A stretch of 24,000 nucleotides of DNA from Paracoccus versutus. GTDB lineage: Bacteria; Pseudomonadota; Alphaproteobacteria; Rhodobacterales; Rhodobacteraceae. The notes beneath the pieces were generated by a model, which saw only the letters and a program-made list of their open reading frames with translations, was not told where the DNA came from and did no database searches. The stretch lies in assembly GCF_000763885.1 (NCBI RefSeq), contig NZ_JRKO01000020.1, forward strand, positions 24,602 to 48,601. The letters are read 5' to 3'. Shown piece by piece: positions 1 to 8,173 of the stretch; positions within the stretch are counted from its first letter, which is position 1, and every line of letters starts with the position of its first letter. The translations under genes were made by a program, and so were the position numbers.

Positions 1-1016
1 GAGCCGCCGATGCGCGAAAAATGGAAATCCGTCGCCGATTGCCGTTTCGAGATGTTCCCGGCCCGGTCCACGCGGATGAAAAAGAACGGCACGCCGCGCG
101 CCTCGGGGCGTTGCAGGGTGGACAGGCGGTGGCAGGTGGTCTCGAACCCCACGCCGAAGCGGCGCGCGATCAGGTCGATGTCATAGGCCACGGCCTCGGC
201 CTCGCGCAGGAAGGCGCCATAGGGCAGGACCAGCGCGCCCGCGAAGTAATTCGCCAGCCCGATCCGCAGCAGCGCCTGCGCGTCGGGGGCCAGCCCCGGA
301 TCGCCCGCAAGCCGGGCGATGGTTTCGCCCTGTTCCAGGAAGGCCAGCTGCGTGGCGATCTGGAAGGCCTGCTGCCCCTCGGTCAGGTGCGGCGCCAGGT
401 GCAGGATGCGCGCGCCGGCGTCAAAGCGGCGCAGGCTGCCTGCGTCCAGCGCGATGCGGATGCCGTGCCGCCCGGCCAGCCGGTCGATCAGCCCCGCCAC
501 CATCCGCCCCGGCGGCAGCGCCGAGCCGATGGCCTCGGCCGGGGTCTCCAGGTCCGGGACATGGTTGCGGCGGTCATAGAACCAGTCGCGCACCGCCTCG
601 AAGGCGGCGGGGGTGGCGGCGGCCTGCGGCTCGGTCAGCCGGCCCGCCAGCAGGTCGGCGCGCTCGGCGGTTTCGCGCAGCCGGGCCTGCATGGCGATGA
701 TGGCCCGCGCGATGCCGGGCATGTTCGAAACCAGTTCCCGCAATTCCGCCGTCGCCGCCGGCGCGCCCTGGTCGGCCAGCGCCGCGCGCAGGTCGGTGAT
801 CAGCCGCGCCTCATCGGCATCCGAGAACAGCTGCACATCGAGGCCGAAGGCGCCGTTCAGCCTGAGCAGCACCGGCACGGTCAGCGGGCGCTGGTTCTGC
901 TCGATCTGGTTGAGATAGCTGGGCGAAATCCCCAGGGCCCGCGCCAGGGCCGCCTGGGTCATGCCGCGTTCCTCGCGCAAGCGGCGCAACCGGACGCCCA
1001 TATAGCTTTTCGTCAT
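1..1016 (-). CDS. ScfR/PrpR-type transcriptional regulator (XRE helix-turn-helix N-terminus, DUF2083-like C-terminal part); the 3' end runs off the left edge of the window
   Basis: Absent from the ORF track because the frame is still open at position 1. The reverse complement from CAT 1014-1016 reads MTKSYMGVRLRRLREERGMTQAALARALGISPSYLNQIEQNQRPLTVPVLLRL..., a textbook XRE HTH. It stays open to ...RFGVGFETTCHRLSTLQRPEARGVPFFFIRVDRAGNISKRQSATDFHFSRIGG at the edge. Track ORF 21..1040(+) is its antisense shadow. It is divergent from a methylcitrate operon, as in the mycobacterial PrpR / Rhodobacter PccR-MccR regulator family (from memory). Confidence 0.8.
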   Translation of the reverse strand, partial: MTKSYMGVRLRRLREERGMTQAALARALGISPSYLNQIEQNQRPLTVPVLLRLNGAFGLDVQLFSDADEARLITDLRAALADQGAPAATAELRELVSNMPGIARAIIAMQARLRETAERADLLAGRLTEPQAAATPAAFEAVRDWFYDRRNHVPDLETPAEAIGSALPPGRMVAGLIDRLAGRHGIRIALDAGSLRRFDAGARILHLAPHLTEGQQAFQIATQLAFLEQGETIARLAGDPGLAPDAQALLRIGLANYFAGALVLPYGAFLREAEAVAYDIDLIARRFGVGFETTCHRLSTLQRPEARGVPFFFIRVDRAGNISKRQSATDFHFSRIGG

Positions 1017-1126
1017 CTTCGCAACCTTCGCAATTTGTAGGCGCAACCTTCGCAGATCAACACTTTTTCAGTAGTTTAACCGGCGATGCGCCTTGTGGAT
1101 AGATGGCTTTGCCAATTTTGCGAAGG
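1017..1126. promoter_or_regulatory. Divergent promoter region with a repeated TTCGCAA-core motif (candidate operator of the adjacent regulator)
   Basis: A tandem pair CTTCGCAAC/CTTCGCAAT lies at 1017-1034. The 13-mer CGCAACCTTCGCA occurs at 1020-1032 and again at 1042-1054, 22 bp apart. An inverted copy TTGCGAAGG lies at 1118-1126, just upstream of the thioesterase start. The first copy abuts the regulator's start codon. Confidence 0.35.
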
Positions 1127-1134
1127 CAGGAACG

Positions 1135-1536
1135 ATGGGCACAGAGACCCGCATGGTCGAGATGATCTTTCCCGATGCCGCGAACCATTACGGCACGCTG
1201 TTCGGCGGCAATGCGCTGGCCCTGATGGCCAAGGCGGCCTTCATCGCCGCCACCCGCCACGCCGGCGGCTCGGTCGTCATGGCGCGCTCGGAGCGGGTGG
1301 ATTTCACCACCCCGATCCGCGTGGGCGAGATCCTGGACCTGACCGCCCGCGTCATCCGCACCGGCCGCAGTTCGATGACCGTCGAGGTGCTTGGCCTGGC
1401 CCAGGCGACGACGGGCGCGACCGAAAGGCAGGCGCTCTCGGGCCGCTTCGAAATGGTGGCGGTGGATGCGCATGGCCGTCCGCTGCCCATCGCCCAGAAC
1501 ATCACCAGCGAAGGACTGACCCATGATCACCCATGA
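1135..1536 (+). CDS. Hotdog-fold acyl-CoA thioesterase (YciA/BFIT-like)
   Basis: Reads [36 protein letters not shown]...[16 protein letters not shown]..., a typical 4HBT/acyl-CoA thioesterase pattern. I chose ATG 1135, preceded by GGCAGGA, over the upstream TTG at 1093. It overlaps prpD by 14 nt. Confidence 0.75.
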   Translation: MGTETRMVEMIFPDAANHYGTLFGGNALALMAKAAFIAATRHAGGSVVMARSERVDFTTPIRVGEILDLTARVIRTGRSSMTVEVLGLAQATTGATERQALSGRFEMVAVDAHGRPLPIAQNITSEGLTHDHP

Positions 1537-3034
1537 CCTGCGGACCTGGAAATCCGCCGAACACCTGCCGCGCGAACAGCAGCTGGCCTGGAAGATCGCC
1601 GAGGTGGCGGCCGACCCGGTGGCGGTGGAGCCGGCCGTGACCGAGATGATCGTGAACCGCATCATCGACAATGCTGCGGTGGCGGCGGCCTCGCTGGCGC
1701 GGCGCCCGGTGGCCTCGGCCAGGGCGCAGGCGCTGTGCCATCCGTTCCAGCGCGGCGCCACGGTCTTCGGCATGACCGACGCCACCCGCGTCAGCCCGGA
1801 ATGGGCGGCCTGGGCCAATGGCACCGCGGTGCGCGAGCTGGATTTCCACGACACCTTCCTGGCCGCCGACTATTCCCACCCCGGCGACAACATCCCGCCC
1901 ATCCTGGCCGTGGCGCAACATTGCGTCCGCTCGGGGCGCGACCTGATCCGCGGCATCGCCACCGGCTACGAGATCCAGGTGAACCTGGTGCGCGGCATCT
2001 GCCTGCACGAGCACAAGATCGACCATATCGCCCATCTGGGGCCCTCGGCCGCCGCCGGCATCGGCACGGCTCTGAACCTGCCCGCGCAGACCATCTACCA
2101 GGCGGTGCAGCAGGCGCTGCACGTCACCACCACTACCCGCCAAAGCCGCAAGGGCGAGATTTCCAGCTGGAAGGCCTATGCCCCCGCCTTCGCCGGCAAG
2201 ATGGCGATCGAGGCGGTGGACCGAGTGATGCGCGGCGAAGGCGCCCCCAGCCCGGCATGGGAGGGCGAGGACGGCTTCATCGCCTGGCTGCTTTCCGGCC
2301 CCGAGGCCCGCTACCAGGTGCCGCTGCCGGGCCAGGGCGAGGCCAAGCGCGCCATCCTCGACACCTACACCAAGGAGCATTCGGCGGAATATCAAAGCCA
2401 GGCGCTGATCGACCTTGCCCGCCGGTTGGGGCCGCAGATCGGCGACCTGTCGCAGGTGGACGGCATCGTGATCCACACCAGCCACCATACGCATCATGTC
2501 ATCGGCACCGGCGCCAACGACCCGCAGAAGCTGGACCCCAAGGCCTCGCGCGAGACGCTGGACCATTCCATCATGTATATCTTTGCCGTGGCGCTGGAGG
2601 ATGGCGGCTGGCATCACGAACGCTCCTATGCCCCCGAGCGCGCGCAACGCCCCGAAACCGTGGCGCTGTGGCACAAGATCACCACCGTCGAAGACCCCGA
2701 ATGGACCCGGCGCTATCACGCCCGCGACCCCAGGGAAAAGGCGTTCGGCGGCCGCGTCGCGGTCACGCTCAGGGACGGCCGGGTGATCGAGGACGAGCTG
2801 GCGCTGGCCGACGCCCATCCCGACGGCGCGCGTCCCTTCATGCGGGAAAACTATATCCAGAAGTTCCTGACCCTGTCGGACGGCATCATCGCCACCGCCG
2901 AGCAGCACCGCTTCCTCGACGCGGTGCAAGGCCTGCCCGACCTGCCCGCCGGGCGACTGGGAGAGCTGAACTTCACCGTCTCGCCCGCGCGCCTGGGCGA
3001 GGCCGCGCCCCATGGCATCTTCGACTGGAAATAA
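1523..3034 (+). CDS. prpD: 2-methylcitrate dehydratase (MmgE/PrpD family)
   Basis: 503 aa with PrpD-like sequence throughout (..[12 protein letters not shown].., ..[28 protein letters not shown].., ..[12 protein letters not shown]..). GAAGGA lies upstream of ATG 1523. It sits next to prpC and prpB. Confidence 0.9.
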   Translation: MITHDLRTWKSAEHLPREQQLAWKIAEVAADPVAVEPAVTEMIVNRIIDNAAVAAASLARRPVASARAQALCHPFQRGATVFGMTDATRVSPEWAAWANGTAVRELDFHDTFLAADYSHPGDNIPPILAVAQHCVRSGRDLIRGIATGYEIQVNLVRGICLHEHKIDHIAHLGPSAAAGIGTALNLPAQTIYQAVQQALHVTTTTRQSRKGEISSWKAYAPAFAGKMAIEAVDRVMRGEGAPSPAWEGEDGFIAWLLSGPEARYQVPLPGQGEAKRAILDTYTKEHSAEYQSQALIDLARRLGPQIGDLSQVDGIVIHTSHHTHHVIGTGANDPQKLDPKASRETLDHSIMYIFAVALEDGGWHHERSYAPERAQRPETVALWHKITTVEDPEWTRRYHARDPREKAFGGRVAVTLRDGRVIEDELALADAHPDGARPFMRENYIQKFLTLSDGIIATAEQHRFLDAVQGLPDLPAGRLGELNFTVSPARLGEAAPHGIFDWK

Positions 3035-3044
3035 GGAGATCACG

Positions 3045-4214
3045 ATGAGCGGTTCCGCCAGGAAACCCAAGAAGTCGGTGGCCCTTTCAGGGGTCGTCGC
3101 CGGCAACACCGCGCTGTGCAGCGTCGGCCAAAGCGGCAATGACCTGCATTATCGCGGCTTCGACATCCTCGACATCGCCGAAGCCTGCGAGTTCGAGGAG
3201 ATTGCGCATCTGCTGATCCACGGCACCCTGCCCTCGGCCGCGGAACTGGCCGCCTACAAGGCCAAGCTGCGCAGCTTGCGCGGCCTGCCGCTGGCGGTGC
3301 GCCAGACGCTCGAGGCGATCCCGGCCGCGGCGCATCCGATGGACGTGCTGCGCTCGGGCGTCTCGGCCATGGGCTGCGTGCTGCCCGAGGCGCATGACCA
3401 CAACATCCCCGGCGCCCGCGACATCGCCGACCGGCTGATCGCGGTGCAGGGCTCGATGCTGCTTTACTGGTATCACCACGCCCAGCATGGCCGCCGCATC
3501 GAGGTCGAGACCGAGGACGACAGCATCGCCGGGCATTTCCTGCACCTGCTGCACGGCCGTCCCGCGACCGAGGCCGAGATCCGCGCCATGCACACCACGC
3601 TGATCCTTTACGCCGAGCACGAGTTCAACGCCTCGACCTTCACCGCGCGCACCATCGCCGGCACCGGCGCCGACGTCTATTCCGCCATCGCCGGCGCCAT
3701 CGGCGCGCTGCGCGGGCCCAAGCACGGCGGCGCCAACGAGGTCGCCTTCGAGATCCAGAAGCGCTACGCCACCCCCGACGAGGCCGAGGCCGACATCCGC
3801 GCCCGCGTCGCGGCGCGCGAGGTCGTCATCGGCTTCGGCCATCCGGTCTATACCGTCTCGGACCCGCGCAACGTGGTCATCAAGCGCGTCGCCCGCCGGC
3901 TGTCCGAGGACAAGGGCGCGACCCGCATGTTCGCCGTGGCCGAGCGGATCGAGGACGTCATGCTGGACGCCAAGGGGATGTTCCCGAACCTCGACTGGTA
4001 TTCGGCCGTCTCCTATCACCTGCTCGGCGTGCCGACCGCGATGTTCACGCCGATCTTCGTCATCGCCCGCACCGCCGGCTGGGGCGCGCATGTGGTCGAG
4101 CAGCGCCAGGACAACAAGATCATCCGCCCCTCGGCCCATTACATCGGCCCGGAAAACCGCCGCTTCCTGCCCATCGACCAGCGCGGCGGGCTGTTGTCCC
4201 TGGAGGCCGAGTGA
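3045..4214 (+). CDS. prpC: 2-methylcitrate synthase (citrate synthase family)
   Basis: Motifs ..[15 protein letters not shown].., ..[13 protein letters not shown].., ..[14 protein letters not shown].., ..NLDWYSAV... AAGGAG lies 6 nt upstream of ATG 3045. The track start at 3012 is an upstream in-frame extension that overlaps the prpD end. Confidence 0.9.
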   Translation: MSGSARKPKKSVALSGVVAGNTALCSVGQSGNDLHYRGFDILDIAEACEFEEIAHLLIHGTLPSAAELAAYKAKLRSLRGLPLAVRQTLEAIPAAAHPMDVLRSGVSAMGCVLPEAHDHNIPGARDIADRLIAVQGSMLLYWYHHAQHGRRIEVETEDDSIAGHFLHLLHGRPATEAEIRAMHTTLILYAEHEFNASTFTARTIAGTGADVYSAIAGAIGALRGPKHGGANEVAFEIQKRYATPDEAEADIRARVAAREVVIGFGHPVYTVSDPRNVVIKRVARRLSEDKGATRMFAVAERIEDVMLDAKGMFPNLDWYSAVSYHLLGVPTAMFTPIFVIARTAGWGAHVVEQRQDNKIIRPSAHYIGPENRRFLPIDQRGGLLSLEAE

Positions 4215-5125
4215 TGCCCTATCTGATCGGCTCCGACCTGCCCGAGGCGCCGGCCGGCGCGCGGTTCCGCGCAGCCCTGGCCCGTCCCGGCATCCTGCGC
4301 CTGCCCGGCGCGCATAACGGCATGGCCGCGCTTCAGGCCCGCGCGGCGGGGTTTCAGGCGCTCTACCTCTCCGGCGCCGCCATGACCGCCTCGATGGGCC
4401 TGCCCGACCTGGGCATCATCACCGTGGACGAGGTCTGCTTCTTCATCCGCCAGATCGCGCGGGCCAGCGGGTTGCCGCTGCTGGTCGATGGCGACACCGG
4501 CTATGGCGAGGCGCTGAACGTCATGCACATGGTGCGCAGCTTCGAGGATGCGGGCGCCGCGGCCGTGCATCTGGAGGACCAGCTGCTGCCCAAGAAATGC
4601 GGCCACCTGAACGACAAGAAGCTGGCCCCGGCGCAGGACATGGCGGCCAAGGTGGCGGCGGCGGCCCGCGCGCGGCGGCATCTGTTCGTCATCGCCCGCA
4701 CCGATGCGGCCGCGGCCGAGGGCATCGAAGGCACCGTGGCCCGCGCCAAGCTTTACGTCGAGGCCGGGGCGGACGCGATCTTTCCCGAGGCACTGACCTC
4801 GGTCGAGATGTTCCGCGAGGTCCGCGCCCGCCTGCCCGGCGTGAAGCTGCTGGCCAACATGACCGAGTTCGGCCGCACCCCCGCGTTGACCGCGCAGGAG
4901 TTCCAGGAGCTTGGCTATGACATGGTGATCTGGCCGGTCTCGTCGCTGCGGGTGGCCAACAAGGCGCAAGAGCGGCTTTACGCCGCGCTGGCCCGCGACG
5001 GGGAGACGACGGCCATGCTGCCCGAGATGCAGACCAGGGCCGAGCTTTACGACGCGATCGGGCTCAACGCCTTCGAGGCGCTGGACGCCTCGATCGCGCG
5101 CAGCCTGCTGCCCGCGCAGGGCTGA
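4211..5125 (+). CDS. prpB: 2-methylisocitrate lyase (ICL/PEP-mutase family)
   Basis: Motifs ..[12 protein letters not shown].., ..[17 protein letters not shown].. (KKCGH loop), ..FVIARTDA.., ..ADAIFPEA... The start is GTG 4211 or ATG 4214; both overlap the prpC TGA at 4212-4214. Confidence 0.9.
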   Translation: MMPYLIGSDLPEAPAGARFRAALARPGILRLPGAHNGMAALQARAAGFQALYLSGAAMTASMGLPDLGIITVDEVCFFIRQIARASGLPLLVDGDTGYGEALNVMHMVRSFEDAGAAAVHLEDQLLPKKCGHLNDKKLAPAQDMAAKVAAAARARRHLFVIARTDAAAAEGIEGTVARAKLYVEAGADAIFPEALTSVEMFREVRARLPGVKLLANMTEFGRTPALTAQEFQELGYDMVIWPVSSLRVANKAQERLYAALARDGETTAMLPEMQTRAELYDAIGLNAFEALDASIARSLLPAQG

Positions 5126-5129
5126 GGCA

Positions 5130-5188
5130 TCGGGCGGGGCGGTCCCGCCCGACGACCGGCGGGGCGCAGGCGCCCACCGTCCCGCCGG
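5130..5188. terminator. Two consecutive GC-rich hairpins between convergent prpB and paaZ (probable bidirectional terminator region)
   Basis: TCGGGCGGG (5130-5138) pairs with CCCGCCCGA (5144-5152): a 9-bp stem with a 5-nt loop. CCGGCGGG (5156-5163) pairs with CCCGCCGG (5181-5188). There is no clear U-tract. Confidence 0.4.
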
Positions 5189-5201
5189 TCCGTTCGCGCA
5201 T

Positions 5202-5252
5202 CCGGCGACGCAAGCCCGGCGACGCAAGCCCGGCGACGCAAGCCCGGCGACG
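5202..5252. repeat. Perfect 14-bp tandem repeat CCGGCGACGCAAGC, about 3.6 copies
   Basis: Units lie at 5202-5215, 5216-5229 and 5230-5243, plus a partial 9 nt at 5244-5252. It is intergenic and ends 3 nt before the paaZ stop codon (5256-5258 on the - strand). Confidence 0.95.
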
Positions 5253-5255
5253 GCC

Positions 5256-7319
5256 CTATTGCGCCGCCGCCTGGGCCAGCGGCCATTCCTTGGCCACCAT
5301 GGTCAGCACGTCGTATTGCGCCACGACCTCGCCCTTCTGGTTCGTCACCTGGCAATCCCAGCGCACCTCGCCATGGCCGGCGTTCTCGCGCGGGTTGATC
5401 TCCTTGCAGGTCAGCCGCACTTGCAGCGTGTCGCCGAAATAGACCGGGGTCAGGAAGCGCAGGTTGTCCACGCCGTAATTGGCCAGGACCGGGCCGGGGT
5501 TCGGCTCGACGAAAAGACCCGCGGCAAAGCTGGCGATCAGGTAGCCATGCGCCACGCGGTCGTCGAAGAACGGGTTCGCCTTGGCCGCCGCCTCGTCCAT
5601 ATGGGCATAGAAGGTGTCGCCGGTGAAATGGGCGAAATGCTCGACATCCTCGCGGGTGACGGTGCGGGTCGCCGTGACCAGCTGGTCGCCGATGCGCAGC
5701 TCGGCCAGCGACTTGCGGAAGGGATGTTCGCCCTGCCGCACGTCGGCACCGGGGATCCAGCGCCCGGTGACGGCCGACAGCAGCCGCGGCGCGCCCTGCA
5801 CGGCGGTGCGCTGCATGTAATGCTTGACGCCGCGGATGCCGCCCATCTCCTCGCCGCCGCCGGCGCGGCCGGGGCCGCCATGGACCAGCGGCGCCAGGGG
5901 CGAGCCATGCCCGGTCGAGGACTTGGCCGAGGCGCGGTTGCCGATCAGCACCCGGCCATGCCAGGGCGCGGTGCCCAGCACCAGCTCCTCGGCGACCTTC
6001 GGATCGTCGGTAAAGACCGATGTGACCAGCGAGCCGCGGCCCATCCGCGCCAGCGCCACCGCCTCGTCCAGGTCGTCATAGGGCATGACCGTCGAGACGG
6101 GGCCGAAAGCCTCGACCTCATGCACCGCCCCGGCCGCGAAGGGCTTGGCGGCATACATCAGCACCGGGTTCAGGAAGGCGCCCCTGGCCGCGTCGCCCGA
6201 GGTCACGCGCACCGCATCGGGATCGCCGGCGACGATCTCGGCCGCCGCCTGCAGGTCGCGGATGCGCTCGCGCACCTCTTCGCGCTGGTCCAGGCTGGCC
6301 AGCGGCCCCATGCGCACCCCCTCGTCGCCCGGCAGGCCGACGGCGGTCTTGCCCAGCCGCTCGTCCAGCGCGGCGACCAGGGCGTCGACCTGGGCGCGGG
6401 GCGCGATGACGCGGCGGATGGCGGTGCATTTCTGCCCGGCCTTGACCGTCATCTCGCGCGCGACCTCGCGCACGAACAGGTCGAACTCGGGCGTGCCCGC
6501 CACCGCGTCGGGGCCGAGGATGGCGGCGTTCAGGCTGTCCGCCTCCATGGTGAAGCGCACGGAATTGGCGATCACCGCCGGATGGGTCTTGAGCTTGCGC
6601 CCAGTCCAGGCCGAGCCGGTGAAGGTCACGGCGTCCTGTTCGGTCACATGGTCCAGCAGATCGCCGACCGAGCCGCAGATCAGTTGCAGCGCGCCTTCGG
6701 GCAGGATGCCGGTCTCGACGATGCGGCGCACCATCAGCTCGGTCAGATAGGCGGTCTGGCTGGCGGGCTTGACCAGGCAGGGCATCCCGGCCAGCAGCGT
6801 CGGCGCGATCTTTTCCAGCATGCCCCAGATCGGGAAGTTGAAGGCGTTGATATGCACCGCCACGCCATGCAGCGGCGTCAGGATATGTTGGGCGCTGAAG
6901 CTGCCGTCCTTGGACAGCGGCTCGACATCGCCATCGGTCAGCACGCGGGCATTGGGCAATTCGCGCCGCGCCTTGGAGGCAAAGGTCAGCATGGTGCCGA
7001 TGCCGCCCTCGATGTCCACCCAGCCGTCGGTGCGGGTGGCGCCGGTATGCAGGCTTTCGGCGTAGAATTCCTCTTTCTGCGCCATCAGCGCCAGGCCCAG
7101 GGCCTTGAGCATGCCGGCGCGTTCGTGAAACGACATGGCGCGCAGCCTTGGCCCCGCCGCCTCGCGGCCATGGGCCAGCGCGGCGGCAAAGTCGATGCCG
7201 GTCGAATCGATCACGGCCACCGGCTCGCCGGTGGCGGCGTCCAGCAGGGTCTGGCCGGGCTGGCTGCCGGGGGTCCAGCACCCGCAGACATAGCTTTCAA
7301 GACGGCGCGGAGTGGTCAT
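5256..7319 (-). CDS. paaZ: Bifunctional oxepin-CoA hydrolase / 3-oxo-5,6-dehydrosuberyl-CoA semialdehyde dehydrogenase
   Basis: The N-terminal ALDH domain has ..FTMEADSLNA.. and ..GQKCTAIRR... The C-terminal MaoC-like hotdog has ..HFAHFTGDTFYAHMDEAAAKANPFF... I chose the start MTTPRRLESY at 7319, preceded by AAGGAAAC. The track ORF extends to 7502 and would overlap the upstream gene. Confidence 0.9.
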   Translation of the reverse strand: MTTPRRLESYVCGCWTPGSQPGQTLLDAATGEPVAVIDSTGIDFAAALAHGREAAGPRLRAMSFHERAGMLKALGLALMAQKEEFYAESLHTGATRTDGWVDIEGGIGTMLTFASKARRELPNARVLTDGDVEPLSKDGSFSAQHILTPLHGVAVHINAFNFPIWGMLEKIAPTLLAGMPCLVKPASQTAYLTELMVRRIVETGILPEGALQLICGSVGDLLDHVTEQDAVTFTGSAWTGRKLKTHPAVIANSVRFTMEADSLNAAILGPDAVAGTPEFDLFVREVAREMTVKAGQKCTAIRRVIAPRAQVDALVAALDERLGKTAVGLPGDEGVRMGPLASLDQREEVRERIRDLQAAAEIVAGDPDAVRVTSGDAARGAFLNPVLMYAAKPFAAGAVHEVEAFGPVSTVMPYDDLDEAVALARMGRGSLVTSVFTDDPKVAEELVLGTAPWHGRVLIGNRASAKSSTGHGSPLAPLVHGGPGRAGGGEEMGGIRGVKHYMQRTAVQGAPRLLSAVTGRWIPGADVRQGEHPFRKSLAELRIGDQLVTATRTVTREDVEHFAHFTGDTFYAHMDEAAAKANPFFDDRVAHGYLIASFAAGLFVEPNPGPVLANYGVDNLRFLTPVYFGDTLQVRLTCKEINPRENAGHGEVRWDCQVTNQKGEVVAQYDVLTMVAKEWPLAQAAAQ

Positions 7320-7360
7320 TGGCGTTTCCTTGGTCAGTCTTCGTTTTGCTCGGGCGGCAA

Positions 7361-7386
7361 GGCCGCGCCCGTCGGGGAGCGCGGCC
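7361..7386 (-). other. Intercistronic hairpin between the PaaA-like gene and paaZ
   Basis: GGCCGCGC (7361-7368) pairs with GCGCGGCC (7379-7386) around a 10-nt loop. It lies in the 79-nt gap upstream of paaZ. No U-tract follows on the - strand. Confidence 0.3.
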
Positions 7387-7398
7387 GCAAGCGCCGGT

Positions 7399-8151
7399 TC
7401 AGAGGCCAAGCGCGGCCAGATGTTCCGACACCAGCGCCTCCCAGCGCGCCAGCAGCGCCTCGTTCGGGCTGTGGCGCAGGCCGAAGCGCGCCAGCGTGTC
7501 ATAGCGCGCCGAATGGGTCAGGCCGAAGCCCGCCGCGACGCGCGGCTGCCAATAGGCGATGGCGGCGCGGGCTTCCTCGCGCCCGGTCTCGGTCTGGGCG
7601 ATCTGCTCCAGCCCCTCCAGGCCCAGCTCGGCATGGCGGGCCTCGCGCGGGGCGATCTCGCGAAAGACCTCGGCCAGCGGGCCGTAGGAGACGCGGGTCA
7701 GCTCGGTCATCTGCACCCCGGTCGCCAGCCCCTGCAGCACGTTCATCACCACCGCATCGGTCCAGCCGGCGATCGGATAGTGGAACACCGACAGCCGCAT
7801 GTCGCCGGGCCGGCGCGCGGTGCCCAGATCGGCGTCGCGCGGGACGCGGGCGGCCCAGTCGTGGCTGGTCTGGTAGCGGGCGGCATCGGTGCCGAACTCG
7901 GCCATCACCCGCAGCACGCGCCCGGCATGGTCGGCCTTTTCCAGCGTGATGCGACTGGCGGCGATACGCTCCTTGATGCCGGGGGCGAGGTTGATCGCAT
8001 CGGCAAAGCCGGCCGAGGCGGCCAGTTCGCTGTCCACGAAGGACGACATCAGCCGCAAAAGCTCGCCGCGATAGCGGGCGGGCACGTTGCCGGGCGCGGT
8101 CAGCACGCCCCCCTGCGCCAGGTAGTCCTCGATATTCATGGTATCGGACAT
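7399..8151 (-). CDS. Extra PaaA/PaaC-family ferritin-like protein (PaaA-like paralogue, function unknown)
   Basis: It aligns by eye with the in-window PaaA. YRGELLRLM matches [52 protein letters not shown] matches [45 protein letters not shown] chose ATG 8151 (MSDTMNIEDY), preceded by AGGAGG, giving a 22-nt gap after paaE. Confidence 0.7.
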   Translation of the reverse strand: MSDTMNIEDYLAQGGVLTAPGNVPARYRGELLRLMSSFVDSELAASAGFADAINLAPGIKERIAASRITLEKADHAGRVLRVMAEFGTDAARYQTSHDWAARVPRDADLGTARRPGDMRLSVFHYPIAGWTDAVVMNVLQGLATGVQMTELTRVSYGPLAEVFREIAPREARHAELGLEGLEQIAQTETGREEARAAIAYWQPRVAAGFGLTHSARYDTLARFGLRHSPNEALLARWEALVSEHLAALGL

Positions 8152-8173
8152 GGGTTCCCCTCCTGCGCCCGGA

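Noticed and set aside
21-1040. 339-aa + strand ORF at the left edge
   Set aside because: Its composition is Arg/Gly/Ala/Pro-rich and low in complexity, with no recognisable family. The opposite strand, in the matching codon phase, encodes a clean XRE-HTH regulator. This is an antisense shadow typical of high-GC DNA.
1502-3139. 545-aa - strand ORF over prpD. Similar long alternative-frame or antisense ORFs occur at 3087-4139, 4139-5227, 8138-9295, 9229-10062, 9655-11112, 17020-18771 and 21578-23032.
   Set aside because: All overlap genes with strong family signatures on the other strand or frame, and all have Arg/Gly/Pro-rich composition. None has a convincing RBS or recognisable domain.
5202-5252. 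Tandem repeat considered as a CRISPR array or coding repeat
   Set aside because: The units are directly adjacent with no spacers, the unit is only 14 bp, and there are no cas genes. The length is not a multiple of 3 and the repeat lies outside the supported CDSs.
7320-7502. N-terminal 61-aa extension of the paaZ ORF in the track
   Set aside because: It would overlap the 3' end of the upstream PaaA-like gene by about 100 nt. The extension is Arg/Ala/Trp-rich and unlike PaaZ N-termini. ATG 7319 has a good AAGGAAAC RBS and yields the expected ALDH N-terminus.
5259-7949. 896-aa + strand ORF spanning paaZ and the PaaA-like gene
   Set aside because: It runs antisense to two well-supported - strand genes and crosses their intergenic gap. 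The sequence is dominated by R/G/A/P/D runs. It is a GC-driven open frame, not a gene.
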